Below are positions 9,801 to 19,504 of a DNA stretch of 64,000 bases, one piece after another (the first letter of the stretch is position 1; each line of letters begins with the position of its first letter). Under the pieces are notes generated by a model. The model saw nothing but the letters and a program-made list of their open reading frames with translations. It ran no database searches and was not told where the DNA came from. Origin of the DNA: Alphaproteobacteria bacterium (GTDB lineage: Bacteria; Pseudomonadota; Alphaproteobacteria; CALKHQ01); assembly GCA_965227515.1 (NCBI GenBank), contig CBDDFZ010000001.1, positions 3,968,001-4,032,000 on the forward strand. Direction: 5' to 3'. The translations under genes and the position numbers were made by a program.

Positions 9801-11750
9801 TCAGGCGGCTTCCACCGAAGGCGCGTCAGAGTGCACCACGTCTGATGCGGGAATGCCGGTGACCCTCAGGTCGCCGGCGCCCTCGTCCAGCAACGCGACG
9901 TCGGACGCGGCGCGCGACGTGCGGTCGCCGATGTCGAGCAGGCGGCCGTCGGCATGGAACAGGGTCGGCTCGATACCGGGAGAGATCTCCTCCGGTGTGG
10001 CGCAGAGGCCAATGGCCGTCATCGCGCGCCCGAAAATCCGGGACGACGTGAACGCGGTGAAGGGTGCGGCCAGCAACAGGCCGACCAGGATGGGTGCGGC
10101 CCACGGCAGCAGCGCCGGCACCGACACCGCCAGCACCGCCGTCAGCACGACGCCGGCCAGCATCTGCGGCCACAGCGCCTTCGATGCCGCGCCCAGGGGC
10201 ACCGACCACGCGCCGCGGGTCTGCGCATCCCAACTGATGGTGCGGCCGAACAACATGCCGACAATGAAGATCGTGTGCGCCAAAGCCATCACCGGCGACA
10301 TCAGGAACGAGAAGAGCAGTTCCAACAGGGCGCCTGCCACGACCCGGAACCCGCCGCCGTAGCGCCGGCGCCGCCGCGCCGACGACAGCACGTCGAACAC
10401 ACCGGCCAGCTTGGGCGCGAAGGTCATGGTCAGGATCGCGATCATGAAGACGATGGCCGAACCGCCGATCTCGATCGCCCATGGGTTGTTCCCCGCCACG
10501 TCGCCGCCGCTGGACAGACCGGCATAGACCGCGCCACCGAATGCGAACATCAGGAACGCCATCCAGCATGGCGACGAGACGTACATCAGGATCGCCAGCA
10601 GCAACTGGACACGGCCCATCGGCCGGAAGCCGGGGCGCCGCAGCAGGCCGACGTACTGCATGTTGCCCTGGCACCACCGCAGGTCGCGCTTGGCATAGTC
10701 GATCAACGACGGCGGATTGTGCTCGTAGCTGCCGTACTCGTCGGCCAGCACCCGGACCTCATAACCGGCCGCCCGCAGGCGCGCCGCCTCAACCTGGTCG
10801 TGGCTGAGGATCTGGCCGCCGAAGGGCTTGCGCCCCGGCAGCTCAGGCAGCTTGCAGTGGGCGCGAAACGCATCCACCCGGACGATGGCGTTGTGGCCCC
10901 AGTACGGGCCGGCGTCGCCCTGCCACCAAGCGCTGCCCAGCGTGTAGGTGCGCATGCCGTGGCGCATGCCGAACTGGAACGTGCGCGCGAAGGCGCTCTC
11001 CGCCGGCAGCCCGACCACCAGCGTCTGCAACAGCCCGACCTTCGGATTGGCGTCCATCAACCGCGCCAGGCGGGTGATCGCGGCGCCGGACATCAGGCTG
11101 TCGGCATCCAGCACCAGCATGTAGTCGTAGTCGTCGCCGTGGTAGTCCAGGAAATCCCACAGATTGCCGGTCTTCTGGCCCGCATTGTCCTGCCGGCGGC
11201 GATAGTGGATGCGGAACGGCCGTGTCGCATCGCGCCTCAGCGCCGCGAACATCTCCGCCTCAGCCGCCACGATCTGCGCGTCGGTCGTGTCGCTGAGGAT
11301 GAAAAGGTCGAAGTGCTCCGCGTCGCCAGTCGCCTCCAGGCTCGCCAGCATGGCGCGCAACTGGCGTGCGATCAGCGCCGTATCCTCGTTATGGATCGGC
11401 AGCACGATGGCGGTGTGACCCGCGATGGGGGCGGCTGTGTCGAGCGTGTCGAGGCACGGCGTCACCACCGCGGCCGCGCGGTCGCCATGGCGCAGGATCA
11501 GCGCCAGCCCGATCAACGCGTTCCAGAAGCCGATGACGGTCCAGGGCAGCGTGCAGCCGAACAAGACGATCATCGCAATATCGACGAACGAGGTGCCGTC
11601 CGAGGTCAGGATCAGCGTCATCGCCGCCAGCGCCGCCAGCATGGTCACGCCAACGAGCGTGGCAAAGATCGCGCGCCGCAATGGCAATGGTGAGCGTTCG
11701 ACCGTCCCAGTGCCGGCGGCCATGGACTGCATTTCTGTGTGTAGTGTCAA
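9801..11750 (-). CDS. opgH: Glucan biosynthesis glucosyltransferase H (GT2)
   Basis: PIHNED, FILSDT, YRRRQDNAGQKTGN, VLDADS, YWGHNAI, LSHDQVEA, RDLRWCQGN. Exact start uncertain (11750/11732/11723). Confidence 0.95.
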   Translation of the reverse strand: MTLHTEMQSMAAGTGTVERSPLPLRRAIFATLVGVTMLAALAAMTLILTSDGTSFVDIAMIVLFGCTLPWTVIGFWNALIGLALILRHGDRAAAVVTPCLDTLDTAAPIAGHTAIVLPIHNEDTALIARQLRAMLASLEATGDAEHFDLFILSDTTDAQIVAAEAEMFAALRRDATRPFRIHYRRRQDNAGQKTGNLWDFLDYHGDDYDYMLVLDADSLMSGAAITRLARLMDANPKVGLLQTLVVGLPAESAFARTFQFGMRHGMRTYTLGSAWWQGDAGPYWGHNAIVRVDAFRAHCKLPELPGRKPFGGQILSHDQVEAARLRAAGYEVRVLADEYGSYEHNPPSLIDYAKRDLRWCQGNMQYVGLLRRPGFRPMGRVQLLLAILMYVSSPCWMAFLMFAFGGAVYAGLSSGGDVAGNNPWAIEIGGSAIVFMIAILTMTFAPKLAGVFDVLSSARRRRRYGGGFRVVAGALLELLFSFLMSPVMALAHTIFIVGMLFGRTISWDAQTRGAWSVPLGAASKALWPQMLAGVVLTAVLAVSVPALLPWAAPILVGLLLAAPFTAFTSSRIFGRAMTAIGLCATPEEISPGIEPTLFHADGRLLDIGDRTSRAASDVALLDEGAGDLRVTGIPASDVVHSDAPSVEAA

Positions 11751-12000
11751 ACCGCTTGAACCCTATCTGGACACATGTGCGGATCCCCCTGCCGTCGACG
11801 CCCGTCGCAAATTCAAACTACTTGACTTATTCGCGCGCCAACTTCGTAGTCACGGATATTAGCATCGTTGGTGCAGTGCACAAGAGCGCATGACCAAGAC
11901 TTCAGATATATCGCGCACTTGTGAGGCAATGTCAGGGCGCGCACCGCCTTCGGCTACGCCCAGGTCCTCGCAGGTTTCGTGCCAATCGCGGGACGCAACG

Positions 12001-12031
12001 AAAAGCCCCCGCTACTAGGGCGGGGGCGCTT
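12001..12031 (-). terminator. Intrinsic terminator downstream of clpV
   Basis: GCCCCCGC-loop-GCGGGGGC hairpin followed by TTTT on the minus strand. Confidence 0.75.
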
Positions 12032-12052
12032 CGGCTGGTGGGGACGCTGCGG

Positions 12053-14764
12053 TCAGGTGATCTGGAAGCCGATGCCGCCGTTCTCGTCGGCGGTCAGCGC
12101 GATGGTGCTGATCGGCTCGTTATCCGCCATGCGGCCCAGCACCTGGGCGGAGATTTCCGGCAGGATGGTGCCGGTCAGGATATTATCGATGTTACGCGCG
12201 CCGGCATCGCTGTCGGTGCAGCGCTCGGCCAGCGCCTTCACCACCTCGTCGGAATAGGTGAAGTCGGCGCCATGGTTGGCCTTGATGCGCTTGACGATCT
12301 TGTTGAGCTTCAGGCGCGTGATCATGTCGAGCATGCTCTCGTCCATCGGGTAGAACGGCACCAGCACCATGCGGCCCAGCAGCGCCGGCTTGAACTTCTT
12401 GTTCAGGTCCGGGCGAATCGCCTCGATGATGTCGTCCGGCTCCGGTCGCTCGGCGCCGCGACCGCACATCGACATGATGGTGTCGGTGCCGACATTCGAC
12501 GTCAGGATGATCACGCAGTTCTTGAAGTCGATCTCGCGGCCCTCGCCGTCCTCCAGATTGCCCTTGTCGAACACCTGGAAGAACAGCTCCATCACGTCCG
12601 GGTGGGCCTTCTCCACCTCGTCCAGCAGCACCACCGAATAGGGCCGGCGGCGCACCGCCTCGGTCAGCACGCCGCCCTCGCCATAGCCGACATAGCCGCG
12701 CGGCGAGCCCTTGAGGTTGGAGACGGTGTGCGCCTCCTGGTACTCGGACATGTTGATGGTGATGATGTTGCGCTCGCCGCCATAGAGCAGATCGGCCAGC
12801 GCCAGCGCCGTCTCGGTCTTGCCGACGCCGGACGTGCCGACCAGCATGAACACGCCGATCGGCTTGCCGGGATCGTCCAGATTGGCGCGTGCGGTGCGAA
12901 TGCGGCGCGAGATGATGTCCAGCGCGTGGTTCTGGCCGATCACCCGCTTGCCCAGCGTCTCGTGCAGCGTGAGGACCGACGTGATCTCGTCCTTCACCAT
13001 GCTGCCGAGCGGAATGCCGGTCCAGGCCGACAACACCTCGGCGATGGTCGCACCGGTGACGGTGGTGTAGACCAGCGGCGTCTCGCCCTGCAGCGCCTCC
13101 AGCTGCGCCGTGAGCTCGGCCATCCGTTCGGCCGACGCGGGCTCGGCGTCGCTGTCCTCGCCCGCCGCCTCGCCCCCTTCGGCGGCCTCCGCCGGCGCGC
13201 CGGTGTCGGCGCTGCCAGCCTCGACCTCGGCCGCGGTCACCGGCGTCTGGCCCGGCACGCCTTCCAGCTCGCTGCGCATGCGGTCCAGCTTCTCGACCAG
13301 CGCCTTCTCGCGGGTGAACTTGTCCTGGAAGTTGGCCAGCTCGCTGGTCAGGTTGGCGGTCTCTTCCTCCAGCGCGGCGATGGTGTCGGCGTGGTCGACG
13401 CCGATCTTCTGCTCGCGGCGGAGCACGTTGAGCTCCACGTCCAGCGCCTCAAGCCGGCGGGTGATGTCCTCGATCGCAGCCGGCGTGGAGTTCTGCGAGA
13501 TCTTCACCCGCGCGCATGCGGTGTCGAGCAGGCTGACCGCCTTGTCCGGCAACTGGCGCCCGGCCAGATAGCGGTTGGACAGCCGGACCGCGGCGTCGAT
13601 GGCCTCGTCCAGCACCCGCACCTTGTGGTGCTTCTCCATGGTGTCGGCGACGCCGCGCAGCATGATGATGGCGCGCTCTTCGTCCGGCTCCTCCACCTTC
13701 ACCACCTGGAAACGGCGGGTCAGTGCCGGGTCCTTCTCGAAGTACTTCTTGTATTCCGACCATGTGGTGGCCGCGATGGTGCGCAGTTCGCCACGGGCCA
13801 GCGCCGGCTTCAACAGGTTGGCGGCATCGCCCTGCCCTGCCTGGCCGCCGGCACCGATAAGGGTATGCGCCTCGTCGATGAACATGATGATCGGGTCGGG
13901 GCTCTTCTTCACCTCGTCGATCACCGCGCGCAGCCGGCGCTCGAACTCGCCCTTCACGCTGGCGCCGGCCTGCAGCAGGCCCAGGTCCAGGCTCAGCAGG
14001 GTCACCCCGTGCAGGATTGGCGGCACGTCGTCGTTGGCGATGCGCTGGGCCAGCCCCTCGACCACCGCCGTCTTGCCGACGCCGGCCTCGCCGGTCAGGA
14101 TCGGGTTGTTCTGGCGGCGGCGCGACAGGATGTCGACCATCTGGCGGATCTCGGCATCTCGGCCCAGCACCGGGTCGATCTCGCCGGCCTTTGCCCGCTC
14201 GGTCATGTTGATGGTGTACTTGCCAAGCTCGCCCTTGCCGATGGTCGACGGGCCCTTGCCCTGCGCCGCCTCGGCCGCCGCGCGATCGGATTCGACCGAG
14301 CCGTCGGTGATGTTCTCGAAGTCGGTCTTCAGCTTGTCGGTGTCGATGGCCCCGAAGATCGGCGAGATCGTCTCCAGGATGATGCCCAACTCCGTGCTCT
14401 GCAGGCCTGCGAGCAGCAGGTGGCCGGAGCGCATCGCAGGCGCCTCCAGCTCGACCGACGCCAGCTTCCACGCGCCCTCCAGCATCTGTTCAATGCGGCC
14501 GGAGAATGAGGGGATGCCTGTGTTGCCGGCCTTGTGGTTCCCCAGCGCCTTGTCGATATCGGCGCGCAGCCGGTCCTCCGACTGGTCGAACGCGCGCAGA
14601 ATGCGGTGGATGTCGGTATCGTCGCGCTCCAGCAGGGCGGCGAAGATGTGGGTGATGTCGGCTTCGTAGTGGGTGCGCGCCTTGCAGATCGAGGCAGCCT
14701 CGCCGAAGGACTGCATGCAAACCGGGTTCAGTCGCTTGATCAGCGATTGCAGGGACGAAGCCAT
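12053..14764 (-). CDS. tssH: T6SS AAA+ ATPase ClpV
   Basis: Two Walker A motifs (GEAGVGKT, GTSGVGKT); RRRQNNPIL; GYVGYGEGGVLTEAVRR; T6SS context. Confidence 0.95.
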   Translation of the reverse strand: MASSLQSLIKRLNPVCMQSFGEAASICKARTHYEADITHIFAALLERDDTDIHRILRAFDQSEDRLRADIDKALGNHKAGNTGIPSFSGRIEQMLEGAWKLASVELEAPAMRSGHLLLAGLQSTELGIILETISPIFGAIDTDKLKTDFENITDGSVESDRAAAEAAQGKGPSTIGKGELGKYTINMTERAKAGEIDPVLGRDAEIRQMVDILSRRRQNNPILTGEAGVGKTAVVEGLAQRIANDDVPPILHGVTLLSLDLGLLQAGASVKGEFERRLRAVIDEVKKSPDPIIMFIDEAHTLIGAGGQAGQGDAANLLKPALARGELRTIAATTWSEYKKYFEKDPALTRRFQVVKVEEPDEERAIIMLRGVADTMEKHHKVRVLDEAIDAAVRLSNRYLAGRQLPDKAVSLLDTACARVKISQNSTPAAIEDITRRLEALDVELNVLRREQKIGVDHADTIAALEEETANLTSELANFQDKFTREKALVEKLDRMRSELEGVPGQTPVTAAEVEAGSADTGAPAEAAEGGEAAGEDSDAEPASAERMAELTAQLEALQGETPLVYTTVTGATIAEVLSAWTGIPLGSMVKDEITSVLTLHETLGKRVIGQNHALDIISRRIRTARANLDDPGKPIGVFMLVGTSGVGKTETALALADLLYGGERNIITINMSEYQEAHTVSNLKGSPRGYVGYGEGGVLTEAVRRRPYSVVLLDEVEKAHPDVMELFFQVFDKGNLEDGEGREIDFKNCVIILTSNVGTDTIMSMCGRGAERPEPDDIIEAIRPDLNKKFKPALLGRMVLVPFYPMDESMLDMITRLKLNKIVKRIKANHGADFTYSDEVVKALAERCTDSDAGARNIDNILTGTILPEISAQVLGRMADNEPISTIALTADENGGIGFQIT

Positions 14765-14965
14765 GACGTTTCCTCAGGTTTTCAGGTGTGGCGCTGGGGA
14801 TGCGGAGCGACCGCATGGTACGGCAGCCAAGGTGTCAAAAGCAATTGAAGTCAACCGCATAGGGGTGCGCAAAAGAGGGAGGCGATACCTCGAATTGGGG
14901 AGACTGACGCAAGAACTCGCCACTGCGCGCTGCCGCATTCGGGCGTTCGAAACAGCGACGGATTG

Positions 14966-15358
14966 CTAGGGGACCGTGGTCTGGACTTGGCCGGGATTGA
15001 GGATGGAGATCACCCCGCCGTAGGAGCACATGCACTGGCAGGTGTTGTCGAGCGCAGGCATGTTGCCGACCATGGTCGTCGCCTCGCCGGGCACCCAGGG
15101 GCTCGCGGTCGCCGGCACACAGGGCATCGGTGTCAGCACGCCCAGTGCCGCCGACGTCGCCGAGGCCACCGTCGGATTGCTGACCGTCGTGCACATGCCG
15201 AACGTGGGGATGTTGGTGATCGGCGCGAAGTCCATGATGTTGGCCGACAGCATGTTGCCGCATATCGGCCGCGTGGGGTCGGTCACGATCAACGTGGCGG
15301 GTGCGACGCCGAAGGAGCATTGCATCGTCGCCCCCATCACCACTTGCAATGCCGCCAT
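14966..15358 (-). CDS. PAAR-like DUF4280 spike-tip protein
   Basis: GATMQCSFG, NIPTFGMC, CVPATASPW, CMCSYGGVISI. Confidence 0.85.
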   Translation of the reverse strand: MAALQVVMGATMQCSFGVAPATLIVTDPTRPICGNMLSANIMDFAPITNIPTFGMCTTVSNPTVASATSAALGVLTPMPCVPATASPWVPGEATTMVGNMPALDNTCQCMCSYGGVISILNPGQVQTTVP

Positions 15359-15408
15359 AACCCCTCCGAAGTTCGATCACAGGCGCCAGCGGTGGCCGGC
15401 TCAGCCGC

Positions 15409-16779
15409 CTACTGCACTTGCGCCAGGAATGCCGCGCGTTCCTTGTCATTGGGAATGTGCTCGGCCAGCTTCTCGCATAGCTCCTTGAAGCTGCCGGCGG
15501 TCGGCACCGCGCGCTTGACCATGACCTTGGCGATCGGGCCCAGGTGCACGGCCAGCGCGCGCTGCGCGCGCACGATCTCGTCCGGCGATATGCTGACCGC
15601 AGCCGGTGCGGCCGCCGGGGCGGCAGCGGCCTGGGCCTTGGCCGCCGCACCATTGCCGCGCGACAGGAAGGACTCGCGGTCGTCCGCGTTCTGGATCGAC
15701 GTCGCCACCGTGCGATAGAGCGTGCCCAGGTCCTCGGTCTGCTTGGCCGCCTGCTCCACCACCACCTTGGCCACCGGCCCGATGTGGTAGGACAGCGCCT
15801 CGGCCACCTGGCGCAGCGTCTCCTCGTTGCGGATGCCGGTTTCCTCGGTCGGGCTGGCCATGAATGGGCTGCTGTCGTCGGCCTGCCCGCTCGGCGCAGA
15901 CGGCGCGGTCGGGCGCGGCGGCGCCTGCATCAGCACGGTCGCGTCGTCCATCGCTGGCGCGGTCGCCTCGGCCTGCAGCAGCATCTGCTTGAACTCGGCC
16001 GCGGTCGCGAACCGGTCGTCCGGGTTGCGCGACAGCGCCTTCAGCACCACCGCGTTCATAGCGATCGGCAGCGACGGGTTCAGTTCCGTCACCGGGCGCG
16101 GCGCGTGGTTCAGCAGCTTGTACATCACCTCGGTGGCGCGCTTGCCGGGGAACGGCTTGTGGCCGGTCAGCAGCTCGAACAGCACCACGCCGGCGGAGAA
16201 AATGTCGGTCCGCTTGTCGATGTCCTGGCCGGTGAACTGCTCCGGCGACATATAGCTGGGGGTGCCGACCACCGAGCCGTGCGCGGTCATGCTGGTGGAA
16301 TCGATGCGCGCGATGCCGAAGTCGGCCACCTTCACCCGGTCGCCCGGCAGCAGGATGATGTTCGCCGGCTTGATGTCGCGGTGCACGATGTTGTGGGCGT
16401 GGGCATAGTCCAGCGCGTCCAGCACCTGGCCGACGATGGCGACGGCCTTGTCGCGCTCCAGCACCTTCTGGCGCTTCAGCACGTCGGCCAGTTCCTCGCC
16501 CTCGATGAACTCCATGGCAATGTACGGCGCGTCGTCCTGCTCGCCGTATTCGAACACGGTCACGATGTTCTGGTGCAGGCAGCGGCCGGCGGCCCGCGCC
16601 TCGCGCCGGAAGCGCTGCAGCCACTCCTCGGCCTCGTCGCCGGACAGCAGGTTCCGGTGCACCATCTTGATGGCGACGTGCCGGTCGATGCCAGGGTCGT
16701 AGCCTTTGTAGACCATGCCCATGGCGCCGCGCCCAAGCAGCTTCTCCACCTGGTAGCGCCCGATCGTCTCGATCGTCAT
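15409..16779 (-). CDS. Hanks-type Ser/Thr kinase, soluble, with two C-terminal ~45-aa repeats
   Basis: LGRGAMGMV, VAIK, HRDIKPAN, DFG, GTPSYMSPE; no TM segment seen. Start at 16779 (AGGA RBS) or 16800. Confidence 0.9.
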   Translation of the reverse strand: MTIETIGRYQVEKLLGRGAMGMVYKGYDPGIDRHVAIKMVHRNLLSGDEAEEWLQRFRREARAAGRCLHQNIVTVFEYGEQDDAPYIAMEFIEGEELADVLKRQKVLERDKAVAIVGQVLDALDYAHAHNIVHRDIKPANIILLPGDRVKVADFGIARIDSTSMTAHGSVVGTPSYMSPEQFTGQDIDKRTDIFSAGVVLFELLTGHKPFPGKRATEVMYKLLNHAPRPVTELNPSLPIAMNAVVLKALSRNPDDRFATAAEFKQMLLQAEATAPAMDDATVLMQAPPRPTAPSAPSGQADDSSPFMASPTEETGIRNEETLRQVAEALSYHIGPVAKVVVEQAAKQTEDLGTLYRTVATSIQNADDRESFLSRGNGAAAKAQAAAAPAAAPAAVSISPDEIVRAQRALAVHLGPIAKVMVKRAVPTAGSFKELCEKLAEHIPNDKERAAFLAQVQ

Positions 16780-16890
16780 GTTTTCCTGATCCGCAGCCAT
16801 ACTGCTATCCGGCTCCCATACATGCATTCGTTGCGCCGGGCCGCCCACCGGGCCATGTCGGCACGGCCCCGGGCGGAAGGCGCAGTATTC

Positions 16891-17769
16891 CTAGTCGTCC
16901 AGCATCTTCATGGCGTTCTCAAGGCTACGCCGCATGCGGTTGAACGACGTCGACAACGACGCGATTTCGTCCTTGCCGGTACGCGTGTATTCCTCGACCT
17001 CGCCGTCGCCCAGGCTCACCCGTTCGGCGATGTTCGCAATCTTCAACACAGGCTTTATGACGACGAACTGCAAGATCAAGTTAATCAAGATCAAGACGAG
17101 GATGAAAACGCTCGCCAGCGCCACCATGATCACCAGGAACACCGTGCGCGCGCGCTCCAGCGGCACCGACATCGGCACCGTCACCATCTGGGCCGCGATC
17201 ACCTCGCCAACCTCCCAGCCGAACCCGTTCTGGTCGCCATAGAGGTCCAGCATCGCCGGCGGCGCAACGTCCGGCGTCGAGTGGCACGAGGAACACTCCG
17301 CCGACATCCGAATCGGCCGCGCCAGCACAAGGCTGGGGCCGTTCTCCGTATCGCGCTGGGCGATAATCTCGCTCAGGTTATCGTCGTCGATGAACTGGTT
17401 GATGATGGCTGCCTCGTAGTCGTCGGCCAAGTCGTCGACCACATTGGTCGGGTTGAGCGACGCCTCGCGATAGCTGAAGGCGGGGAAACTCTCCTGCACG
17501 TCGCGGAAGATCTGGCGGGCCGGCACGGTGGGCACCGACAGCGGCAGGAAGTTGCCGGTCTGCTCCATCATCACCCGCAACAAGGGGCTGACGTCGTCGC
17601 GGATGTGCGCCCGCACGGCGGTTGCCTGCTCCATCATGATCTGGGCGTTGAGGATGACCTCCTCGCGGGCGTTGTCCTCGGCGATGCGATAGGACAGGAA
17701 CCCGGCCAGGGCCAAGCCGATCACGAATGCCAGTATCAGCACCATATTGAACTTGGTGCGCAGCCCCAT
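16891..17769 (-). CDS. Membrane sensor: DUF3365/Tll0287-like c-type haem domain + HAMP, no output domain
   Basis: TM1, periplasmic domain with YREASLNPTN and CSSCH, TM2, HAMP (DEIASLSTSFNRMRRSL), then stop. Confidence 0.85.
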   Translation of the reverse strand: MGLRTKFNMVLILAFVIGLALAGFLSYRIAEDNAREEVILNAQIMMEQATAVRAHIRDDVSPLLRVMMEQTGNFLPLSVPTVPARQIFRDVQESFPAFSYREASLNPTNVVDDLADDYEAAIINQFIDDDNLSEIIAQRDTENGPSLVLARPIRMSAECSSCHSTPDVAPPAMLDLYGDQNGFGWEVGEVIAAQMVTVPMSVPLERARTVFLVIMVALASVFILVLILINLILQFVVIKPVLKIANIAERVSLGDGEVEEYTRTGKDEIASLSTSFNRMRRSLENAMKMLDD

Positions 17770-17971
17770 CGCGTCAGTCTCCTTGCGGTATGCCTAGTCG
17801 AACGGCCACGTCGCGGCCGCGCATCAACTCGCGGTAACCATACCGCACAACACCTGCCGAATTCTTTCCTGGCACGAATTTTTGTCCGGGCCTACGTGCC
17901 CGAGACCTCGGGAACGGGCGCGCCAATCAGGCGCCCGAACTCCCTATGGAGAGCTCCCTAGGGGCAACTCC

Positions 17972-18727
17972 CTATGGACCGCCCCCAGGCAGCGCGTCCA
18001 CCACCACGGCGGTCACGTTGTCCCTTGCGCCCCCGTCCAGGGCCGCGTCGATCAATGCATCGGCCGCCGCCTCCGGAGGCTTTGCGGCCAGGATGGCGGC
18101 AATCTGCTCGTCGCTGGCCAGTCTGGTCAGCCCGTCGCTACATAGCACAAATCGATCGTTGGGACCCAACTCTCCGGTCGCCACGTCCAGGTCCAACGCA
18201 TGCTCGGTGCCCACCGCCCGGGTCACCACGTTGGCGTAGGGGTGGCTGTTAGCCCGCTCCGGCGCCAGCATGCCGCCGTCGATCAGCTCCTGCACGTAGC
18301 TGTGGTCGTGGGTGAGCTGCGATATGCCGCCGTCGCGCGCCAGATAGATGCGGCTGTCGCCCGCCCAAAGGCACGCATAGTGGCGCTGAAATGCCATCAG
18401 CACGACCACGGTGCTGGCAATCACGGTGCCGGGCCCGCGCTCCACCGCCGCCTGCTGCAGCGTGGTATGGGCCGCCTGCAGCCGCGCCTTGATGTCCTGC
18501 ATCAGGTCGCGGGCCGATGTCGGCGGCGCCGTCGCGGTCAGGTTCTCGACGATCAGGTTGCTGGCATAGTCGCCGGAGGTATGCCCGCCCATGCCGTCGG
18601 CCACCGCCCACACGCCGATGTCGTCGCGGGCCATGAAGGCGTCCTCGTTGTAGGGCCGCACCTTGCCGCAGTGCGTGCGCCCGCACGAGGTGAACACGAA
18701 AGCGCCGGGCTGCATGGTCGTGTCCAC
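17972..18727 (-). CDS. pppA: PP2C-family Ser/Thr phosphatase (T6SS PppA)
   Basis: RPYNED, VADGMGGH, WAGDSR, LCSDGL, DNVT. Confidence 0.9.
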   Translation of the reverse strand: MDTTMQPGAFVFTSCGRTHCGKVRPYNEDAFMARDDIGVWAVADGMGGHTSGDYASNLIVENLTATAPPTSARDLMQDIKARLQAAHTTLQQAAVERGPGTVIASTVVVLMAFQRHYACLWAGDSRIYLARDGGISQLTHDHSYVQELIDGGMLAPERANSHPYANVVTRAVGTEHALDLDVATGELGPNDRFVLCSDGLTRLASDEQIAAILAAKPPEAAADALIDAALDGGARDNVTAVVVDALPGGGP

Positions 18728-18740
18728 GTACCGTCCGCCC

Positions 18741-19499
18741 TTATCGCACGCTCAGCCGGATCGCTTCGGCGCGATCGGGTTTGTTGTCCCAGCCCCACTT
18801 CGACCAGTTGCCGTCCAGGAAGGCGGCAAAGCGGTCGGCGGTGGGCAGGCCGCGGCAGGCCAGGAACACCGGGTCCACCTCCTCCGACCCCATGGTCCAC
18901 CACAGGCTGTAGGGGTTCAGGGTCCAGGCCAGCGTGCGGTCCAGCATGTCGGGATAGGCGAGTTGCAGGTCGTCGCCCCCGCCCAGGTCGATGCGCAGGC
19001 TGTCCGGGCCATAGCGCGCGCCGTTGTCGGCCTGGCCCACGCCGACGCCGGGCGTCAGGCACCCGTCGGGCAGCCCGATGTCGCGCACCGCCGCGTCGAG
19101 CACCGAGATCTCGAACGCCTCCTCCAGCGAGGCCAGGATGGCGCATTCCGCCTTCCAGTACCAATCGCCCTCGGTGGCGGCGACGATGGCCGGGCGGACG
19201 TGCGCCGGCACCACGGCGGCCAGCGACAGCGGGAAATAGCGCCCGACCTTGTCGACGCTCGGCATCATCACGCCGACCGCCGGGTGCGGCCCGCAGATGT
19301 CGCCGGAAATGGCGAACCGCCACACCGGGCTGGTCAGATAATACTTCAGCCAGTCCTGCCCCAGGTCGGTGCGGCTGCGGTCGATGGCGGTCTGCAGCCA
19401 CGCATCCCATGGCCGCAGGAACGTCTCCGCCAGTCCGTTGCGAATGAAGTCGCCCGTCAGCGGCACTTTGCCGAAATATCCGCAGCCTATGCGATCCAT
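18741..19499 (-). CDS. tagF: T6SS-associated repressor TagF
   Basis: GYFGKVPLTGDF, WDAWL, PSVDKVGRYFPL, SLWWT; follows tssM. Confidence 0.9.
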   Translation of the reverse strand: MDRIGCGYFGKVPLTGDFIRNGLAETFLRPWDAWLQTAIDRSRTDLGQDWLKYYLTSPVWRFAISGDICGPHPAVGVMMPSVDKVGRYFPLSLAAVVPAHVRPAIVAATEGDWYWKAECAILASLEEAFEISVLDAAVRDIGLPDGCLTPGVGVGQADNGARYGPDSLRIDLGGGDDLQLAYPDMLDRTLAWTLNPYSLWWTMGSEEVDPVFLACRGLPTADRFAAFLDGNWSKWGWDNKPDRAEAIRLSVR

Positions 19500-19504
19500 C
19501 GATT

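Noticed and set aside
11921-14509. 862-aa plus-strand ORF, and similar long antisense ORFs (15544-17961, 29282-31207, 32779-34854, 36714-39041, 50446-52416)
   Set aside because: Shadow frames of well-supported genes caused by high-GC codon bias; no recognisable motifs.
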